From positions 297 through 64,296 of the forward strand of contig JASFYO010000005.1 of the NCBI GenBank assembly GCA_045047305.1: a DNA stretch of 64,000 nt, read 5' to 3'. This stretch comes from Planctomycetota bacterium (GTDB lineage Bacteria; Planctomycetota; UBA1135). This document shows, in pieces, positions 1-7,777 of this stretch (positions are counted from its first letter, which is position 1; every line of letters starts with the position of its first letter). The notes below the pieces were generated by a model, which was given only the letters and a program-made list of their open reading frames with translations, did not search any database and was not told the origin of the DNA. The position numbers were made by a program, and so were the translations under genes.

Positions 1-901
1 TCGAGTTCGCTGGGTCATTCGCATCGTAGTCCGGCAAGCCAAGCATGGAGAGTATTTGCCCGTTGTTCACGTCGACGACAATCGCAAAGCAATGCACTGG
101 TTCGTGGTCTTGCATCAGCTCCGCCAACTCTTCGCGCGCAAAGGTAGACAACTCCAGGTCCAATGTGGTGCGCACCGACTGACCATGCACTGGTGCGTGC
201 ATATCTAAGGCTGGATTCACCCCATTTTCTCCACTCACCGCAATCGCGCGACGCACCCCATCCTTGCCACCCAACAAGGAATCTAAACCCAACTCCAAAC
301 CGGAACCTGGGCTTGCATCCTCATCCTTCACCCACTCCCCAGCTTCATTCAGGATTGGTTTACCAGCGGGTAAGCCAATTACATGACCAAGTACACGGTC
401 GTTGGGGTAAACCCGGCGAAAATTTTGCTGCAAAGTCAGGCCAGAGTGCTTCACCATGCGCAAAGTGCGCAATACGGTTTCGCGATCAGCCGGACCTAAT
501 CCACGCCGCAGAACCTGTGCAGGGCTTGGATTGACCATGAGTGCATTCCACATTTCGGCGAAGGGAATGCCGGTGCCGTCGGCCAAAATAGCAATGCGTT
601 CTTTCGCCTGTTTCGGAGTTAACTTTTCCTGCTCCACCGCAGCGCTAATCGAACGATGCTCTAGGCGGTATTTGATTATCAAATCCCAACTCGTGACATC
701 CTCGGCTAAAACCAAACCATGGCGGTCTAAAATGGAACCGCGCGCCGCAGGCAAAGTGATTTCCGACTCAACCCGACTAAGCCCGTCTTCTTCGGCGAAG
801 TGAAACTGCAGGGAAAACATGCGCACCAAGCTTGCCAAGTACAAAACCCCAACCGGCGCCAATGCCATATAGGGACGAAATGCCTGGGGTGTTGGGCTCA
901 C
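1..901 (-). CDS. ftsI: Penicillin-binding protein FtsI/PBP3-like transpeptidase, N-terminal part only (gene runs off the left edge)
   Basis: Absent from the ORF track because no stop lies in the window. Hand translation of the minus strand from GTG 901..899 (GTGA overlap with the ftsL-like stop) gives FRPYMALAPVGVLYLASLV (membrane anchor), LPAARGSILDRHGLVLAEDV, FRRVYPNDRVLGHVIGL, GSGLELGLDSLLGGKDG and FAIVVDVNNGQILSMLGLPDYDAND. This is the PBP dimerisation-domain pattern. It lies downstream of mraZ-rsmH-ftsL as in dcw clusters. Confidence 0.8.
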   Translation of the reverse strand, partial: MSPTPQAFRPYMALAPVGVLYLASLVRMFSLQFHFAEEDGLSRVESEITLPAARGSILDRHGLVLAEDVTSWDLIIKYRLEHRSISAAVEQEKLTPKQAKERIAILADGTGIPFAEMWNALMVNPSPAQVLRRGLGPADRETVLRTLRMVKHSGLTLQQNFRRVYPNDRVLGHVIGLPAGKPILNEAGEWVKDEDASPGSGLELGLDSLLGGKDGVRRAIAVSGENGVNPALDMHAPVHGQSVRTTLDLELSTFAREELAELMQDHEPVHCFAIVVDVNNGQILSMLGLPDYDANDPANS

Positions 902-1146
902 AGTTGATGCAGGTTAGCGACTTCGCGTTGTAGTTTCCTTCTTTGGATTTCGCGCTGCAAGTTTGCTGGCGAAGTTACCTGATGGTAAATCGCATCGAGT
1001 GTGTCGATACGTGCTTCACACTTTTCAGAACAGCGGCGGTGGACCTCAATTCGGCCACGCGAAGCGAGGGTTTCATTACGTAGACCGAGTCCGCCAAGCA
1101 TCTCTAAAACGAGTGCGACAAGCAGGACTGCAATCCGTTCGTTCAT
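898..1146 (-). CDS. ftsL: FtsL-like small bitopic cell-division protein
   Basis: ORF 898..1170 trimmed to ATG 1146, which makes an ATGA overlap with the rsmH stop. MNERIAVLLVALVLEMLGGLGL is a single N-terminal TM helix, followed by a short helical tail. Size, topology and position between rsmH and ftsI fit FtsL. There is no family-specific motif, so the call is positional. Confidence 0.55.
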   Translation of the reverse strand: MNERIAVLLVALVLEMLGGLGLRNETLASRGRIEVHRRCSEKCEARIDTLDAIYHQVTSPANLQREIQRRKLQREVANLHQL

Positions 1147-2090
1147 GCGTCCCCACCTTCCGGCAGGCATTCCAACGCACGCAAGCGTGCACTACGCGAA
1201 CGAGGGTTACTGCGAATCTCGCTTTTGTTGGCGGTAGCACCACGCGGGATAAGATTCTTGAAGTCTCCGCCACGGGCTTCATTACGGAAAGCGATTTTGC
1301 AAGCACGGTCTTCCAGAGAATGGAAGCTGATGACGGCAAGACGTCCGCCACAAGCGAGCAATGGCGGTGTCGCTTGCAAGAAGACATCAATCTCATCCAA
1401 TTCCCGATTCACTGCGATGCGAATCCCTTGAAAGGTGCGCGTGGCGACGTGATGGCCCGAGCGTCCGGATGGAATGGTGCGCGCGACCAAATCGGCCAAC
1501 TGCGAGGTTCGCAAAATAGGCCCGAAACGACGCTGCTTGACGATGGCATTTGCGATACGTCGGGCGAAACGCTCTTCGCCGTAATCGCGTAACCAACGCT
1601 CGATATCATCCTCACTGGAGTCTGCAAGCAAACGTGCGGCAGAGGTTTTCTGCTTGGTGCGATCCATGCGCATGTCCAATGGGCCATCTTGCATGAAGCT
1701 AAAACCGCGCTCGCGGTCGTCTATCTGATCGGAGGAAACGCCGAAGTCGGCGAGGATACCGTCCACCTTTCCCGAGTGAACAGACTCAATCAAACTTTCG
1801 ACCGCAGAGAACGGCGCATGCGCAAACATCACGCGATCACCGAATTCGGCAAGGCGTTCTTTGGCACGCTCAAGAGCCTGCGCATCGCGGTCAATCGCGA
1901 GCAGGCGGTTGTCGGGATGAGCCGACAAGATGGCATGGGAATGTCCTCCACCGCCCACAGTGGCATCGACGAAGAAGCCACCACGTTGAGGCTCCAGTGC
2001 CTCGAGCACTTGCTCCATCAAAACGGGCTGGTGGCGAGACGGCATCAACGGGCCGGGTGGTGAATCAAGATGACGGCAGACAAGGATCAC
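1143..2090 (-). CDS. rsmH: 16S rRNA (cytosine1402-N4)-methyltransferase RsmH (MraW)
   Basis: Motifs HQPVLMEQVLEAL, VDATVGGGGHS, DFGVSSDQID, GPLDMRMD and SFHSLEDR are typical of RsmH. The true start is probably ATG 2045 (MPSRHQPVL), because the upstream part of the ORF overlaps mraZ. Confidence 0.95.
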   Translation of the reverse strand: MILVCRHLDSPPGPLMPSRHQPVLMEQVLEALEPQRGGFFVDATVGGGGHSHAILSAHPDNRLLAIDRDAQALERAKERLAEFGDRVMFAHAPFSAVESLIESVHSGKVDGILADFGVSSDQIDDRERGFSFMQDGPLDMRMDRTKQKTSAARLLADSSEDDIERWLRDYGEERFARRIANAIVKQRRFGPILRTSQLADLVARTIPSGRSGHHVATRTFQGIRIAVNRELDEIDVFLQATPPLLACGGRLAVISFHSLEDRACKIAFRNEARGGDFKNLIPRGATANKSEIRSNPRSRSARLRALECLPEGGDA

Positions 2091-2590
2091 TGCTCCCCCT
2101 CCTCAGGTACATAGTCCGGATTCCGAAGCGCAGGAGCTTCGATTCCGTAGTAGTCGTCGGCCTCTGGCATGGCTTTCTCCAAGAAGGTTTTTGCATCCCA
2201 AACTTCGATATAGCTTCCACAGCCGACAATTTCGACTTCGACTTCCAGGGGTAACCCAGAACGCAAATCTTCAGGCAAGAGAATCCGGTTTTGACTATCA
2301 ACCTTGATTCTGCGTGTATTGGCTCCAATGAAGCGACGCAACAAACGCGCTCCTTGGGCAGTCTTCTCTTTCCCCAGAGAGGTAAGGCGGAATTTCCGAA
2401 ACTCCGATTCCGTGTAGAGATCGAAGCAACCGACGGCGCGATTGGCAAAAACGCGAAAGTAGCCGCCCTCCGAAGGATCAATCTCCTTCTTGGCAATTGC
2501 CCGCTCCACTTCTTCGAGGAGGGCGCTCGGCATAAAGATGCGACCTTTCTTGTCGATCTTATGCGTGGAGTCTCCGTCGAAATCAATCAT
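2087..2590 (-). CDS. mraZ: Transcriptional regulator MraZ
   Basis: ORF trimmed to ATG 2590 (MIDFDGDSTHKIDKKGRIFMPSAL). A second half-repeat is present (KVDSQNRILLPEDL), giving the duplicated SpoVT/AbrB-like MraZ signature. It is the first gene of the dcw cluster. Confidence 0.9.
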   Translation of the reverse strand: MIDFDGDSTHKIDKKGRIFMPSALLEEVERAIAKKEIDPSEGGYFRVFANRAVGCFDLYTESEFRKFRLTSLGKEKTAQGARLLRRFIGANTRRIKVDSQNRILLPEDLRSGLPLEVEVEIVGCGSYIEVWDAKTFLEKAMPEADDYYGIEAPALRNPDYVPEEGEQ

Positions 2591-2691
2591 GGGGTTGGTT
2601 CTGGCAGAGGACTTGCTGCGAACCACACTTTGGCTCCGCTTAACCTTTCACTTCCTCCGCACAACTATCATCTAGCTCCGCTGTTTTTTGG

Positions 2692-2724
2692 CAAGAGAAA
2701 ACCCGAGGAAATCCCCGGGTTTCA
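2692..2724 (-). terminator. Rho-independent terminator downstream of the 2759..3289 gene
   Basis: The minus strand reads GAAACCCGGGG-ATTT-CCTCGGGTTT followed by TCTCTTGCC. This is a 10-bp stem with one mismatch and a 4-nt loop, followed by a T-rich tail, about 35 nt after the stop codon. Confidence 0.5.
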
Positions 2725-2758
2725 AAAAAACCACTTCATGGGCCTAATTTAGCACAAT

Positions 2759-3289
2759 TCAGGCAATTCCTTCCCCTTCTGGAGAGCCGCTTAGGTCTCC
2801 TTCTTGAGTTGGATCCATGAGTTGAGCCAAGATACCCGTCAGCCTCTGACGACGCTCAGGTTCCAGCTCCCGGCTCTCCACGGGAAAGCGGTTTTGCGAG
2901 CGTACCTTACGCAGGATAAGAAACTCCTTTTTGCCCCGCATCTCCACCCGCTCAAGCCGAAGCTTGCGATGCCGGACGAGTAAAAGTGCCAACAGATAGC
3001 ACAAATCGCGGCGCTCTTCACGTTCGTCGGTCGCCATGCCTTCCATGGCGGCCAGAAGGAGATCGAAGTCCATTTTCATGGCGCCTCCCTTCTCCCGGTG
3101 CGAAGTACGCCAATAGACCACATCCTGGGTAGGATCGCGTTGATCAAAACAAGAACGACAGGCATCGACGCGCTGTAAATCTTCCTCCGCCATGCGCAAC
3201 AAAGAATAGACTTCTTCACCTTCCTGGAAGGTGCGGGAGCAATCGCTGCAGACGGCGTCGCGTTTTCGGAAGGACCAGGGGTGAGCCAT
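2759..3289 (-). CDS. Hypothetical protein with an N-terminal CxxC...CxxC zinc-ribbon-like motif
   Basis: 176-aa ORF with balanced composition. CSDC at the N-terminus and CRSC about 25 aa later suggest a 4-Cys ribbon. The C-terminal half is charged and helical. I recognise no family. Confidence 0.6.
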   Translation of the reverse strand: MAHPWSFRKRDAVCSDCSRTFQEGEEVYSLLRMAEEDLQRVDACRSCFDQRDPTQDVVYWRTSHREKGGAMKMDFDLLLAAMEGMATDEREERRDLCYLLALLLVRHRKLRLERVEMRGKKEFLILRKVRSQNRFPVESRELEPERRQRLTGILAQLMDPTQEGDLSGSPEGEGIA

Positions 3290-3298
3290 GAAGATAGA

Positions 3299-3760
3299 TT
3301 AAGAATCGAGATGGAGTTGCGCCACAAGGTGCTGCAGAAGAATACGCGAGCGAATCATGTCGTCTTCGATGCGTTCCCACTCTGCTTCTCCAGAATCAAG
3401 GGTATCGTCCTGGGTGACGTTCTTCTCTTGAATGACCCGCGATTTCACCAAAGTCTCCCCACTCTCGGTGACCGAAATGCGGAGAATGCCTTGCCAACGC
3501 CGTCCCTTGTTGCGAAAAGGCTGCAGTTGCAGGTCCCAGCCAGAGGTCACCGAGTTGCGACTGTCATCGCGTTCTCCAGGAGGAAAACCGGCGTAGACCA
3601 TTGCGTATTCACAGGCATCAAGAAGATCGCGCAAGGGCGGCGCTGGGGTCAAAATGCGTTCCGACCAGCGCCCACTTTCATCATCTAAAACTGGGCTGGA
3701 ACAAGCAGGTAACACGGCACAAGCCATGACCAACAACAGCGGCAAAACGAAGAAACGCAT
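3299..3760 (-). CDS. Hypothetical lipoprotein
   Basis: ORF trimmed to ATG 3760. MRFFVLPLLLVMACAVLPAC-SSP is a signal peptide with a lipobox-like LPAC. It lies 31 nt downstream of der. Confidence 0.6.
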   Translation of the reverse strand: MRFFVLPLLLVMACAVLPACSSPVLDDESGRWSERILTPAPPLRDLLDACEYAMVYAGFPPGERDDSRNSVTSGWDLQLQPFRNKGRRWQGILRISVTESGETLVKSRVIQEKNVTQDDTLDSGEAEWERIEDDMIRSRILLQHLVAQLHLDS

Positions 3761-3791
3761 GATGCCGATTCTAGCAGCCCGACCAGGTCGA

Positions 3792-5135
3792 TTAGCCTTT
3801 CTTGGAGGCACTGCGTTCACGTTCGCGCAAGACCAGACGCAAAGGAGATTTGGTGAGCTTTAGCCGTTTACGTAAATCATGGGTCACGGCACGAATCACC
3901 TCTTTTTCGAACAACCGCTTGCGATTGACAAACAGAAGGAACGACGGTGGGTTGGACCCCAGCTGAGTAGCGTAGTACACCTTTGGCTTCTCACCGCGCC
4001 CACGAAAGCGCAGGGTCTCAAAACATCGTTTCACAATACGATTCAACTCTCCAGTGCCAACCTGAACACTGCCTTCCGCATAAACACTCAAACTCTCACG
4101 CAAGACCCGATCAAGGCCCTTGCGCGTCACATTAGAAATCATGATGACAGGAGCACCTTTCAGGTGAGGCAGCTTGTGCTCTACCATGTCACGGAAATCC
4201 TGGATGGACATATCCGGCACCAAATCGCTCTTGGTCCCCACCACCACGGTTGGCTTGTGACGGTCAATAATCGTGCGCGCCAACTCTTGATCCATCCGCG
4301 CAACCGACTCAGTCAGGTCCAAAAACAACAGCGCAAGGTCCGCGCGGCGAATCGCCTGATCCGAACGTGTGAGCGAGAAATATTCCACAGCACTGCTGAT
4401 CTTGCCCTTGCGGTGCACACCTGCCGTATCCACCAAAGTCAGTGGCGTGCCCTGCCATTCAAGGTCAATATCGACCGCATCGCGAGTGGTGCCGGCCAAA
4501 TCGCTCACAATGACGCGCTCCTCCCCCAACAAGGCGTTGACGAAGGATGATTTTCCAGTGTTACGCCGACCAAGAACAGCAATCGACATGCGCTCTTCGC
4601 CAACCGTATCGCTTGCCTTTGGCAGCACCGTGGTGAGGAACTCATAAAGGTCGCCCAAGCCCTGGCCCTCTTGTGCGGAAATACGATGCGCTTCACCAAA
4701 GCCCAGGGAAGTGAACTCCATCGCGGAAATCGAGGCGGCACGAGTTTCACACTTGTTCGCCACCATCACCACTTCGACGTTGCTGCGGCGCAGGTATTGC
4801 GCCACTTGCTCATCCAGCAAAGTTAAGCCTTCACGTGCATCGACCAAAAAGATCACCATGTCAGATGCGGTGATTCCAGTGAGCACTTGGTACTCCACCG
4901 ATGCAGCAAGATCTTCACGGTCGACGATGCCGATGCCACCAGTATCCATCAAGTCGAAGGAGAGTTCATATTCTGGCAGGGTCACGGGCAACACTAAACG
5001 GTCACGAGTCACACCCGCAGTCGGCTCCACAATCGCGCGGCGGTCACCGAACATGCGGTTAAACAGGGAGGACTTGCCAACATTCGGACGTCCGACGATG
5101 GCCACTAAAGGGCGTTTATGAGATTCCGACATCAT
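3792..5135 (-). CDS. der: Ribosome-associated GTPase Der (EngA), tandem GTPase domains plus KH-like C-terminus
   Basis: Two complete G-domains are present: GRPNVGKSS...DTGG...NKCE and GRRNTGKSS...DTAG...TKSD. The start is set to ATG 5135 (MMSESHKRPLVAIVG), which overlaps the queE stop as ATGA. The 90 aa upstream in the ORF track overlap queE and look non-coding. Confidence 0.95.
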   Translation of the reverse strand: MMSESHKRPLVAIVGRPNVGKSSLFNRMFGDRRAIVEPTAGVTRDRLVLPVTLPEYELSFDLMDTGGIGIVDREDLAASVEYQVLTGITASDMVIFLVDAREGLTLLDEQVAQYLRRSNVEVVMVANKCETRAASISAMEFTSLGFGEAHRISAQEGQGLGDLYEFLTTVLPKASDTVGEERMSIAVLGRRNTGKSSFVNALLGEERVIVSDLAGTTRDAVDIDLEWQGTPLTLVDTAGVHRKGKISSAVEYFSLTRSDQAIRRADLALLFLDLTESVARMDQELARTIIDRHKPTVVVGTKSDLVPDMSIQDFRDMVEHKLPHLKGAPVIMISNVTRKGLDRVLRESLSVYAEGSVQVGTGELNRIVKRCFETLRFRGRGEKPKVYYATQLGSNPPSFLLFVNRKRLFEKEVIRAVTHDLRKRLKLTKSPLRLVLRERERSASKKG

Positions 5136-5887
5136 CGAACTCCAAGCAATGGATGGACTTGAGGAAGCACCCGCAAGTCGAGGGGAAGCGCACGGCTTTG
5201 CAGACACCAGTCCAGCAAGCAATCCGCAGTAGGTGGCAGCGGTCCTTGCGCAAATGGTGTCACCGGCTGTAGGAACACTGTTGCTCCAGGTAGTTTTGCT
5301 GCCATGATTTCTAAAGCAGCGGAAACTTGCTCCGCAGAGGTCGTTTCCGTGAGCACCAATTTTATTTGCGTGGTGCAATTCGCTTGCCTCGCGAGCACAA
5401 GACAAGCTTCCGTTTCAAGGAGCTCCTCACCAGAGCGAAGTGTCTCAGCAAGCTTCCAATCAAGAGAAAGGAGCTGCACAGAGCCGATTAGCGTTTGCAG
5501 ACTTTGTGCTAAAACGCCAGCCGTTTCCAACAACACGGAACCATCCCACTGCGGCAACCAAGAGGCTAAGAACTGCGCCTGCACCAAGGGTTCTCCACCA
5601 GTTACCGCAAGCATGACATCCGAGGCTTCAAGGCCGTAACTGGTGAGCACTTCTTGCAAAACCGCCGAAAGGTCGTCCGCCGACAATGGATTTGCGCGCA
5701 CCTCAGAAACGTGTGCGCTATGCAGATCAAAGGATTCTCGCTGTTTCCAGGAGCGCGGTGTATCGCAATACGCGCAGCGCAAGGGACAACCACCTAATCG
5801 CAAAAACAGGTGCGGACGCCCAACCTCTAATCCTTCGCCTTGTAGGCTTAGGAAAATCTCGTCGAGGAAAAGGTGTGAGCAGTCCAT
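5132..5887 (-). CDS. queE: 7-carboxy-7-deazaguanine synthase QueE (radical SAM)
   Basis: LSLQGEGLEVGRPHLFLRLGGCPLRCAYCDT is the QueE-type CxxxCxxC radical-SAM cluster motif in its typical N-terminal context. Length is 251 aa. Confidence 0.85.
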   Translation of the reverse strand: MDCSHLFLDEIFLSLQGEGLEVGRPHLFLRLGGCPLRCAYCDTPRSWKQRESFDLHSAHVSEVRANPLSADDLSAVLQEVLTSYGLEASDVMLAVTGGEPLVQAQFLASWLPQWDGSVLLETAGVLAQSLQTLIGSVQLLSLDWKLAETLRSGEELLETEACLVLARQANCTTQIKLVLTETTSAEQVSAALEIMAAKLPGATVFLQPVTPFAQGPLPPTADCLLDWCLQSRALPLDLRVLPQVHPLLGVR

Positions 5888-5937
5888 GGTGACTCCAATG
5901 CCAGGCCAGGACGTCGGGGCTCGATAAGGAAAGAAGA

Positions 5938-6231
5938 CTACTCGCTAGGAGTATCTTCCAAAACCTCACCAGCAGCTTCCGCGGCACGAGCTGCAGCCTG
6001 TGCGGCTTCCAACTCGGCAATCGCTGCTTCGCGGTCAGCAGATGCAATCGCTTTCAGTTGACGCTTGGTCATACTGCGAACGCGGGTCTTCACCTTTGGC
6101 ATGCCGAGTGGCATGTTGCCGTCCTCGAAGGTGCCAGCATCCATCAACTTTTCGACGCGCTCGCGACGAGTGAAAACAGAGCGAACGGTAACGATACCGC
6201 TTCCGAGGTTTAGGGACTTGTGGATCGACAT
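5938..6231 (-). CDS. Small basic protein (resembles the conserved small basic protein family of Chlamydiae/Verrucomicrobia/Planctomycetes)
   Basis: 97 aa. MSIHKSLNLGSG....RSVFTRRERVEKL matches my recollection of that family's N-terminal motif. An Ala/Glu-rich tail follows. The family assignment is from memory only. Confidence 0.5.
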   Translation of the reverse strand: MSIHKSLNLGSGIVTVRSVFTRRERVEKLMDAGTFEDGNMPLGMPKVKTRVRSMTKRQLKAIASADREAAIAELEAAQAAARAAEAAGEVLEDTPSE

Positions 6232-6246
6232 GACAAAAAGTGATTC

Positions 6247-6759
6247 TTAATGAGGCAGGGTATCAAGACTGGCCCCCACGAAGGGTGCAGGCTGCCCCTC
6301 AAGGGACAATCCGCGGATTTCCTGGAGCAAAGACTCCAACTCGCTCGCCTCGGTTGCGCGGACAAACAACTGAAGTTGCCCTTCCCCAGAAGGGGATTGC
6401 GACGGTGCGAGCTTGGCATCATAACCTAATGCAAGCAGGCTGCGGGCCACTTCTATCGCGAAGTCCCGCCGCGAGCCGTCGTAAGTAACAGCGAGGACTG
6501 CCTGCTCCATCTCGGGTTCAACCGCTTCTATGACTGCAGTCTGCTCCTTGGCTGCATCATCCTTGCCAAAGAAGGCAAATCCACCCCAAATAAGGAGAAT
6601 CAGGGCGATACCCGCGCCCACCAACGGAATCAGCATCGGCGGCAAGCCAACCGAGCGCAGAGGGGGTGCTGGCGGGTGAGCAGACTGCGCGTCATCCCCC
6701 TCCGCAAGGCGATTCTCGCGCTCGCGCAGGACTTCTAATAGGTGCCGTTTTCTTGCCAT
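6247..6759 (-). CDS. Membrane-anchored protein with a possible SPOR-like C-terminal domain
   Basis: Only the C-terminal 170 aa of ORF 6247..7335 look coding. ATG 6759 gives MARKRHLLEV..., then the TM helix MLIPLVGAGIALILLIWGGFAFF, then an alpha/beta-like domain (AVLAVTYDGSRRDFAIEVARSLLALGYDAKL...LQLFVRATEASELESLLQEI). The upstream part is antisense to the UDG gene. Confidence 0.5.
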   Translation of the reverse strand: MARKRHLLEVLRERENRLAEGDDAQSAHPPAPPLRSVGLPPMLIPLVGAGIALILLIWGGFAFFGKDDAAKEQTAVIEAVEPEMEQAVLAVTYDGSRRDFAIEVARSLLALGYDAKLAPSQSPSGEGQLQLFVRATEASELESLLQEIRGLSLEGQPAPFVGASLDTLPH

Positions 6760-6832
6760 TTGGGGGTCCGTCGGACGCAATAAGATTAACCATCCCGAGC
6801 TTGGCTGGCAAACCAAGACATGGGCATGTGAA

Positions 6833-7552
6833 ATGTGGCAAAATCTAGGTATGGCCCCTGCCGACCAACACGACACCCTGCGCCGCCTAGCTGCGGCCTG
6901 CATCCTGGAAGGGATGGAGCAAGCAGGGCTGGCATCCATCCCGCCGTCGGCCCTCCCTCCCTCCACCGCCGCCACGCCCCAAGTGCAAGGGGCGGGCTTA
7001 AATGAGCGGATTGAGGCCTGTCGTAATTGCCCGCTGGGCACCACGCGCAATTGTGCAGTACCTGGAGAAGGCGCCAAGAAAGCACGCATCATGTTCGTTG
7101 GCGAAGCTCCGGACGAAGAAGATGATCGGAGTGGACGCCCAATCGTGGGCCCTGCAGGGGAGCTGCTCGACAAAATCGTTCGTAGTGGGATGGGCCTTAA
7201 AAGGGAAGTCGTCTTTATCACCAACATCTTGAAATGCCGGCCGCCTGAAAGCCGCGCCCCACTGGCAAGCGAAGTAGACGCGTGCACCCCTTTTCTAGAG
7301 GAGCAGATTTCTGCTATCCAGCCTGATTTGATCATCGCCCTCGGCCAAAATGCGGCGCAACACCTTCTTAGGACCGAGGACAGCCTAAGTCGCCTACGTG
7401 GAGAGCTGCAGAGGCGCCCTCAGGGCGGCCCTCCGGTGCTTGTCACCTACCATCCTGCCTACCTTCTGCGCCATCCAGAGCAAAAAAGGGCTTGCTGGGA
7501 AGATATTCAGCTCGGTTTGCGCCATCTTGGGCTACCCCAACCAGGCGCATAG
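6833..7552 (+). CDS. Uracil-DNA glycosylase, family 4
   Basis: Motifs CRNCPL, GEGAKKARIMFVGEAPDEEDDRSGRPIVGPAGELL, NILKCRPPESR and TYHPAYLLR are the family-4 UDG signatures. The start may instead be ATG 6851. Confidence 0.9.
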   Translation: MWQNLGMAPADQHDTLRRLAAACILEGMEQAGLASIPPSALPPSTAATPQVQGAGLNERIEACRNCPLGTTRNCAVPGEGAKKARIMFVGEAPDEEDDRSGRPIVGPAGELLDKIVRSGMGLKREVVFITNILKCRPPESRAPLASEVDACTPFLEEQISAIQPDLIIALGQNAAQHLLRTEDSLSRLRGELQRRPQGGPPVLVTYHPAYLLRHPEQKRACWEDIQLGLRHLGLPQPGA

Positions 7553-7618
7553 AAGAGCTCGAATGATTTTGTCAAGGGATAGAAACCAGAAGAATCCGCA
7601 GAACTAACAAGGTCGCCT

Positions 7619-7646
7619 TTGACGCGTAGCCGCGCGTCGCCATAAT
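7619..7646 (+). promoter_or_regulatory. Sigma70-like promoter upstream of secretin gene 1
   Basis: TTGACG (7619-7624), a 16-nt spacer, then CATAAT (7641-7646). Each hexamer matches consensus at 5 of 6 positions. It sits about 130 nt upstream of ATG 7778, in the longest + strand intergenic gap. Whether this organism uses the E. coli consensus is unknown. Confidence 0.45.
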
Positions 7647-7777
7647 CTCTGGTCGGCTTTGGCTCCTGCCTCGCCGGTCGGCTCAGGCTTTGGCCTAAGC
7701 TCCTACTTTCCCGCATACTTGCGAACATCTCCCGAGTCTCGGGATTGTCCCCGCTACCGCCCTTCCCAATCAACTCG

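Noticed and set aside
163-803. Two + strand ORFs (163..534 and 456..803) at the left edge
   Set aside because: Their composition is Pro/His/Arg-rich and low-complexity. The opposite strand translates into a clear FtsI/PBP dimerisation domain across the same span, so these are antisense artefacts.
5136-5405. 90-aa N-terminal extension of the der ORF
   Set aside because: It overlaps queE in another frame and has no similarity to Der N-termini. The canonical MMSESHKRPLVAIVGRPNVGKSS start coincides with an ATGA coupling to the queE stop.
5888-5937. Possible preQ1 riboswitch upstream of queE
   Set aside because: The spacer is only 50 nt and shows no resemblance to the preQ1-I/II consensus that I can recall. 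queE also appears co-transcribed with the upstream small-protein gene.
6760-7335. N-terminal 190 aa of the 362-aa ORF 6247..7335 (-)
   Set aside because: This part is antisense to a motif-complete family-4 UDG gene. It is Ser/Arg/Ala-rich with no features. Only the portion from ATG 6759 downstream looks coding.
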